From contig CDMY01000911.1 in NCBI GenBank assembly GCA_001179505.1, forward strand, positions 1 to 11,265: 11,265 nucleotides of DNA, in the 5' to 3' direction. This document shows, one piece after another, positions 7,833 through 11,265 of this stretch (the stretch's first letter is position 1; each line of letters begins with the position of its first letter). A program made the position numbers and the translations under genes. The notes below the pieces were generated by a model that did no database searches, had not been told where the DNA came from, and saw only the letters and a program-made list of their open reading frames with translations. The stretch is from Vitrella brassicaformis CCMP3155 (Eukaryota; Protista; Chromerida).

Positions 7833-8679
7833 ATGGACCGGCGGCAAGTGATTGAGGAGTCCATCGTCGTTGAGGAGGGGAGGAGCCTGTGGGTGCTGAT
7901 GATGCATCTCGTGGTGCTGTCATGGATCTGGAGGAGCCGTCTGATCCACCTGCCGACGATCAAGAACACCAGTCGCCGACCAACCAGAGGCCGCTGGCGT
8001 GGTTGAGGAGACAATCGAAGGGGAAGAGGCGGCCACATGACGGCAGTGAGGATGACGGCAGTGCTCGCTGCCCGCCGCCACTGCCCGCCGCTGCTGGAGG
8101 CCGTCATGAGCGTCATGGCCGCCGTCAGCGACAAGGTGCCCTGCCAGCGCTGACGACGAGGGCCGGGGCGAGGGAGAGGGCAATGATGGCGATGAGATGG
8201 ACATGGCCGAGCATGGCAGCGGGGCGGCGCCTGAGAAGGACGAGGATGAAGAGCAGGAAGACGAAGACGACCGCAAAGAGCGGAAAGAAGGAAACGGAGA
8301 GGGGCATCTGCAGGTACACACACACACACACACACACACACGTGAGTGCATGTCTGTCTGTATAAGTGTTGTGCTGCTTTTGTGCCTGCTATGGTCTCTA
8401 GGTTCGTCTCGTGCCGCTGTGGCCAGGGGGAGGGCCCTCTCGACCGCTACGCCGAGGAGCGGTCGAGCGAGCTGCGTCGCCTCAACCACCACACGAGCAC
8501 CTACATCAGCTGGCACCCCGATGGCAGATGGCAAATCTGCGTCCGCCACGACGGCAAAGCGCGCTACGCCGCCATCCGCCCAATCCTGCACCCGAGAAGC
8601 CATCGACGGGGCCCTCGAGGAGGCCGTCGACAAGCGCAACAAATTGCTCGAGACCATGGGCTGCCCACCCATCCGATGA
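7833..8679 (+). pseudogene. AP2-domain (ApiAP2-like) gene with several frameshifts
   Basis: After intron 8314-8401 (GTACAC...CTCTAG), one frame reads STYISWHPDGRWQICVRHDGKARYAAIRP (8496-8582; three-strand AP2 sheet with two Trp). The +1 frame reads SCTREAIDGALEEAVDKRNKLLETMG (8584 onward; AP2 helix) and stops at 8677-8679. Upstream acidic coding-like blocks (MDRRQVIEES, MDLEEPSD, LLEAVMSVMAAV, ADDEG..EKDEDEEQEDEDD) lie in different frames. Confidence 0.6.
8316..8341. repeat. (AC)13 intronic microsatellite
   Basis: Perfect AC run immediately after the donor at 8314. Confidence 0.9.
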
Positions 8680-8687
8680 CGCCAATG

Positions 8688-8708
8688 GAGCTGAGCTGAG
8701 CTGAGCTG
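8688..8708. repeat. (GAGCT)4 pentamer repeat
   Basis: gagctgagctgagctgagctg, just 3' of the AP2 stop. Confidence 0.85.
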
Positions 8709-8792
8709 TCACTGGCCATCGCCACGACAGCCCATTGCTGCGTACATTTTATATCCGTTGCCCTATTGTTCGCACTTCACCGTCCTTCCGTG

Positions 8793-9124
8793 TGTCAAGG
8801 AATTTACATGACTGACATGACGAGGTGCGGAGGGCGAGACACCGCATGGACAAGACACGAAGGGTCAAGGAGAATGTACCACGGCAAAGTAAACAAAACA
8901 ATCAGCGACGCTTGCAGCGTACGAAAGATCCTATATATGTGCGTCTGGTGGATTTGTCAGAGGCTGCGTGTGTTGGGGTAGATCCCGCCGTGTAATGCCA
9001 CTGCATGCTGAGAACCCTGAGCACTCCGAACTGTCCCTCCTTCTCGTGAACCGTCCCTCTGGCTCATCTGTTGCCTTAACGGGCAACGACAGCGATCCTC
9101 TACAGCCACTCTCATCTACCGACA
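8793..9124 (+). repeat. Candidate 5' LTR (~332 bp)
   Basis: Begins TGTC (8793), ends GACA (9124; 4-bp inverted termini), contains TATATAT, and is followed directly by TGG. The second LTR is outside the window, so the boundaries cannot be confirmed. TGTT at 8767 is an alternative start. Confidence 0.45.
8932..8938 (+). promoter_or_regulatory. Putative LTR TATA box
   Basis: CCTATATATGT in an AT-richer stretch ~370 nt upstream of the gag ATG. Confidence 0.45.
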
Positions 9125-9137
9125 TGGGCGCAGCAAG
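9125..9137 (+). promoter_or_regulatory. Candidate primer-binding site
   Basis: TGGGCGCAGCAAG directly after the putative LTR-ending CA. The cognate tRNA was not identified. Confidence 0.3.
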
Positions 9138-9302
9138 TCGTTCTGGCTGTCGCTGCTGAGCCAAAGATCTGCCCAGATCTTCGTCACCCCGTCGTCCATT
9201 CGACCTCCCTCGGTCTTCCCTCAGACCCCCACACTCGCCGCTCGACTCCCGTCGACTCCCCTCGCCTCCTGACCAAGCTCCGCCACGAGATCTACGACCA
9301 CC

Positions 9303-11265
9303 ATGAGCGACTACATCAAGCTCAGTTTCAGCGATGTACCAACCTTCTCCGGAGATGAGAAGGACTACCCTGATTGGGTACGGTACTTCCGCACCATGCT
9401 GGGGTTCGAGGAATCGGCCCTTCTGCGGGACACGGCGCTCGATGAGCACGTGCCTATCTCGGTGCACCAGACGAAGCTCGAGGAGCTTCTGACGCGTGAG
9501 CAGGAGATCGAGGACAAGGTCATCACCGCCGAGTACACCAAGGAGGCCAAAAAGGGAGAGCTGAAGCAGATGCACAAGCAGCAGGAGAAGCTCAGGGCAT
9601 CCATTCAAGCGGCCAAGCGGCTCCACACGCTGCTCGCCTTCGCCTGCAAGAACAGCTCCGCCAAGTATATCCTCGAGCAATACGAGGAGGGCGTCAAGGA
9701 CATTTACGACGAGTTCGACGGTGTGCTGGCCTTTAAGAGGCTCAAGGCAAAGATGGAGTCCAACCCCGCCTTCGCCGAGTTCTCAGCGCAACGTGAGTTC
9801 GACGCGTTCATCTGGGACCTCAAGAAGTCGGCCCTGGACAACAACGCCGAGTTCAAGCGGCTGGCTGGCAAGGTCAACGCGCAGAAGGAGGTGCTCACGG
9901 CCACAGCGCTCAAGCACGCCTACATCAAGGTAGTGCCGACGGCCTACAAGCTGCCGATCAGCGAGAAGATCATCAAGAGCAACGTCACCCTCGACAACGC
10001 CATGGAGAGGGTGCGCAAGCTCGAGACAGCAGCAGCGATGATCGGGGCATCGCATGAGCAAGACGCGAGCATGGGCGTCGGTGCGGCCACGACGCCAATG
10101 GACGTTGATGAAGGCGCAAGGGCGGCTGGTGATGGTGAATCCATTTACTGCAAGTACTGCCTCAACGACGGCCACCACCACTCGGACTGCAAGCGGCTGA
10201 CGCACGACAAAAAGATGTACGGCATCACCCTCTTCCCGAGCAGCCACCGCATGAAGCGCGCTGCAGAGCTGCTCAACAGCCACCTCGAAGAGGTCGAGCG
10301 CAAGGAGAAGGAGCGCGTCATCAAGGACAACAACAAGGGCAAGAACAACAAGTACAACAAGGGACATGATGGTGGTGTGCGTCGTGATCGACATCGTCGG
10401 CGCGAGACGCCACGAGACGACCAGCGGAATGCTGACCGACACAGACGCAATCGCTCACTCACACCGGTACAGGGGAGAGAGGAGGGGCACACACACGTGC
10501 ATGCTCTTGAAGAGAGGCAGCACAGAGAGGTGTACACACAGTTGGATGGCTGCAAGGTCTCAGAATATTATAATATATATATATATATGTATATATTCTC
10601 GCGTGATGTGGTGATGCCACCGGTCGGGAACGATCGACGCGCTGAGACGACACACGACACACAGACATGCTTGTCTGGGAGAGAGCCGTGTGTAGGGGAG
10701 GGAGATCGGGTGAAGCCTGATCAACTTCTGCCGGTCTCCACTTCCCATCGACCCGCAGCTGAGGAGGGGGTTCCCTCAGTTGTCCAGTGCACAACACGCA
10801 TTGCATGCTTCACGTCTGCTGTGTTATCTGTGGAATCCAGAGCACTGGTTGATTCGGGCTGCAGTTGGCATGTCTTTCCCTCTTCTCGTTACTTCATCAG
10901 GCTCGAGACACTCATGGGTCGCTCTCTGACCGTCGCGGACGGCAGGAGCATCGCCGTGATGGCGGTGGGGGAAGTGGTCGTTCCCGTTCGATGTCGCCAC
11001 GACGTGGTGCCAAGGCACATAGGAACATCGTGTACTACCCACCTAGACAGGTGTGGTTCCCTCGCCGTGGAATCGGTGAAACTCTCCCGTGCTCTACTGG
11101 TGCCTGATATGGCATTTACTTTGATTTCAGTGAGTGCGTTGGAGGACGATGGCTACCGAGTGGTGTTCGATGCTAATGACTATCACATCGCCCACACCAA
11201 GACAGGGATGACCATCCCATTCAAGCGCGAGAGTGATCTCTATGTGCTGGACTTCGCTGAATGCG
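9303..11265 (+). CDS. Copia Gag-Pol polyprotein, 5' partial (Gag, zinc knuckle, aspartic protease)
   Basis: ATG 9303 (MSDYIKLSFSDVPTFSGDEKDYPDWVRYF, copia Gag PxFxGxxxYxxW pattern), with 654 codons and no stop to the window end. CKYCLNDGHHHSDC (10149-10190) is C-x2-C-x4-H-x4-C. ALVDSGCSWHV has DSG at 10851-10859 and is followed by ALLVPDMAFTLISVSALEDDGYRVVF, the typical copia post-protease pattern. Confidence 0.92.
   Translation, partial: MSDYIKLSFSDVPTFSGDEKDYPDWVRYFRTMLGFEESALLRDTALDEHVPISVHQTKLEELLTREQEIEDKVITAEYTKEAKKGELKQMHKQQEKLRASIQAAKRLHTLLAFACKNSSAKYILEQYEEGVKDIYDEFDGVLAFKRLKAKMESNPAFAEFSAQREFDAFIWDLKKSALDNNAEFKRLAGKVNAQKEVLTATALKHAYIKVVPTAYKLPISEKIIKSNVTLDNAMERVRKLETAAAMIGASHEQDASMGVGAATTPMDVDEGARAAGDGESIYCKYCLNDGHHHSDCKRLTHDKKMYGITLFPSSHRMKRAAELLNSHLEEVERKEKERVIKDNNKGKNNKYNKGHDGGVRRDRHRRRETPRDDQRNADRHRRNRSLTPVQGREEGHTHVHALEERQHREVYTQLDGCKVSEYYNIYIYMYIFSRDVVMPPVGNDRRAETTHDTQTCLSGREPCVGEGDRVKPDQLLPVSTSHRPAAEEGVPSVVQCTTRIACFTSAVLSVESRALVDSGCSWHVFPSSRYFIRLETLMGRSLTVADGRSIAVMAVGEVVVPVRCRHDVVPRHIGTSCTTHLDRCGSLAVESVKLSRALLVPDMAFTLISVSALEDDGYRVVFDANDYHIAHTKTGMTIPFKRESDLYVLDFAEC
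10573..10596. repeat. (AT)8 GT (AT)3 microsatellite inside the copia ORF
   Basis: atatatatatatatat gt atatat; read in frame as NIYIYMYIF without a stop. Confidence 0.9.

Larger units (their letters stand above)
8793..11265 (+). mobile_element. Ty1/copia LTR retrotransposon, 5' part (truncated by window end)
   Basis: Gag, CCHC knuckle and a copia-type aspartic protease lie in one ORF, preceded by a candidate LTR with a TATA box. The left boundary is inferred. Confidence 0.88.

Noticed and set aside
9070-9087. GTTGCC-ttaacg-GGCAAC hairpin in the candidate LTR
   Set aside because: A 6-bp stem is expected by chance; no evidence of function.

Overview
Eukaryotic, GC-rich, intron-dense genomic DNA. 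All supported coding features are on the + strand, and the long - strand ORFs are antisense shadows. Short GT-AG introns (mostly 60-100 nt), CA/GT tracts, an AP2 domain and CCCTAAA-type heptamers resemble a chromerid/apicomplexan-related alveolate such as Vitrella; this is an inference, not an identification. In order: a degenerate GACAG-rich repeat; a frameshifted Josephin (ataxin-3-like deubiquitinase) remnant (~449-955); a small 2-exon, possibly secreted protein (952-1482); a frame-consistent 15-exon orphan gene for a predicted type II membrane/coiled-coil protein (1681-4493); a spliced gene with atypical kinase-like motifs AIK / WGDLTPSN / FIDP (4610-7587); a multiply frameshifted AP2-domain gene (7833-8679); and the 5' part of a Ty1/copia LTR retrotransposon with candidate LTR 8793-9124 and an open gag-protease ORF from 9303 past the window end, which the ORF track misses because it has no stop. 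All gene models were spliced and translated by hand. No rRNA, tRNA or CRISPR array was seen. I found no demonstrable new system. The best leads are the atypical kinase, the single TAG in a CAG run separating the two large genes, and the (AT)n tract inside the copia ORF.
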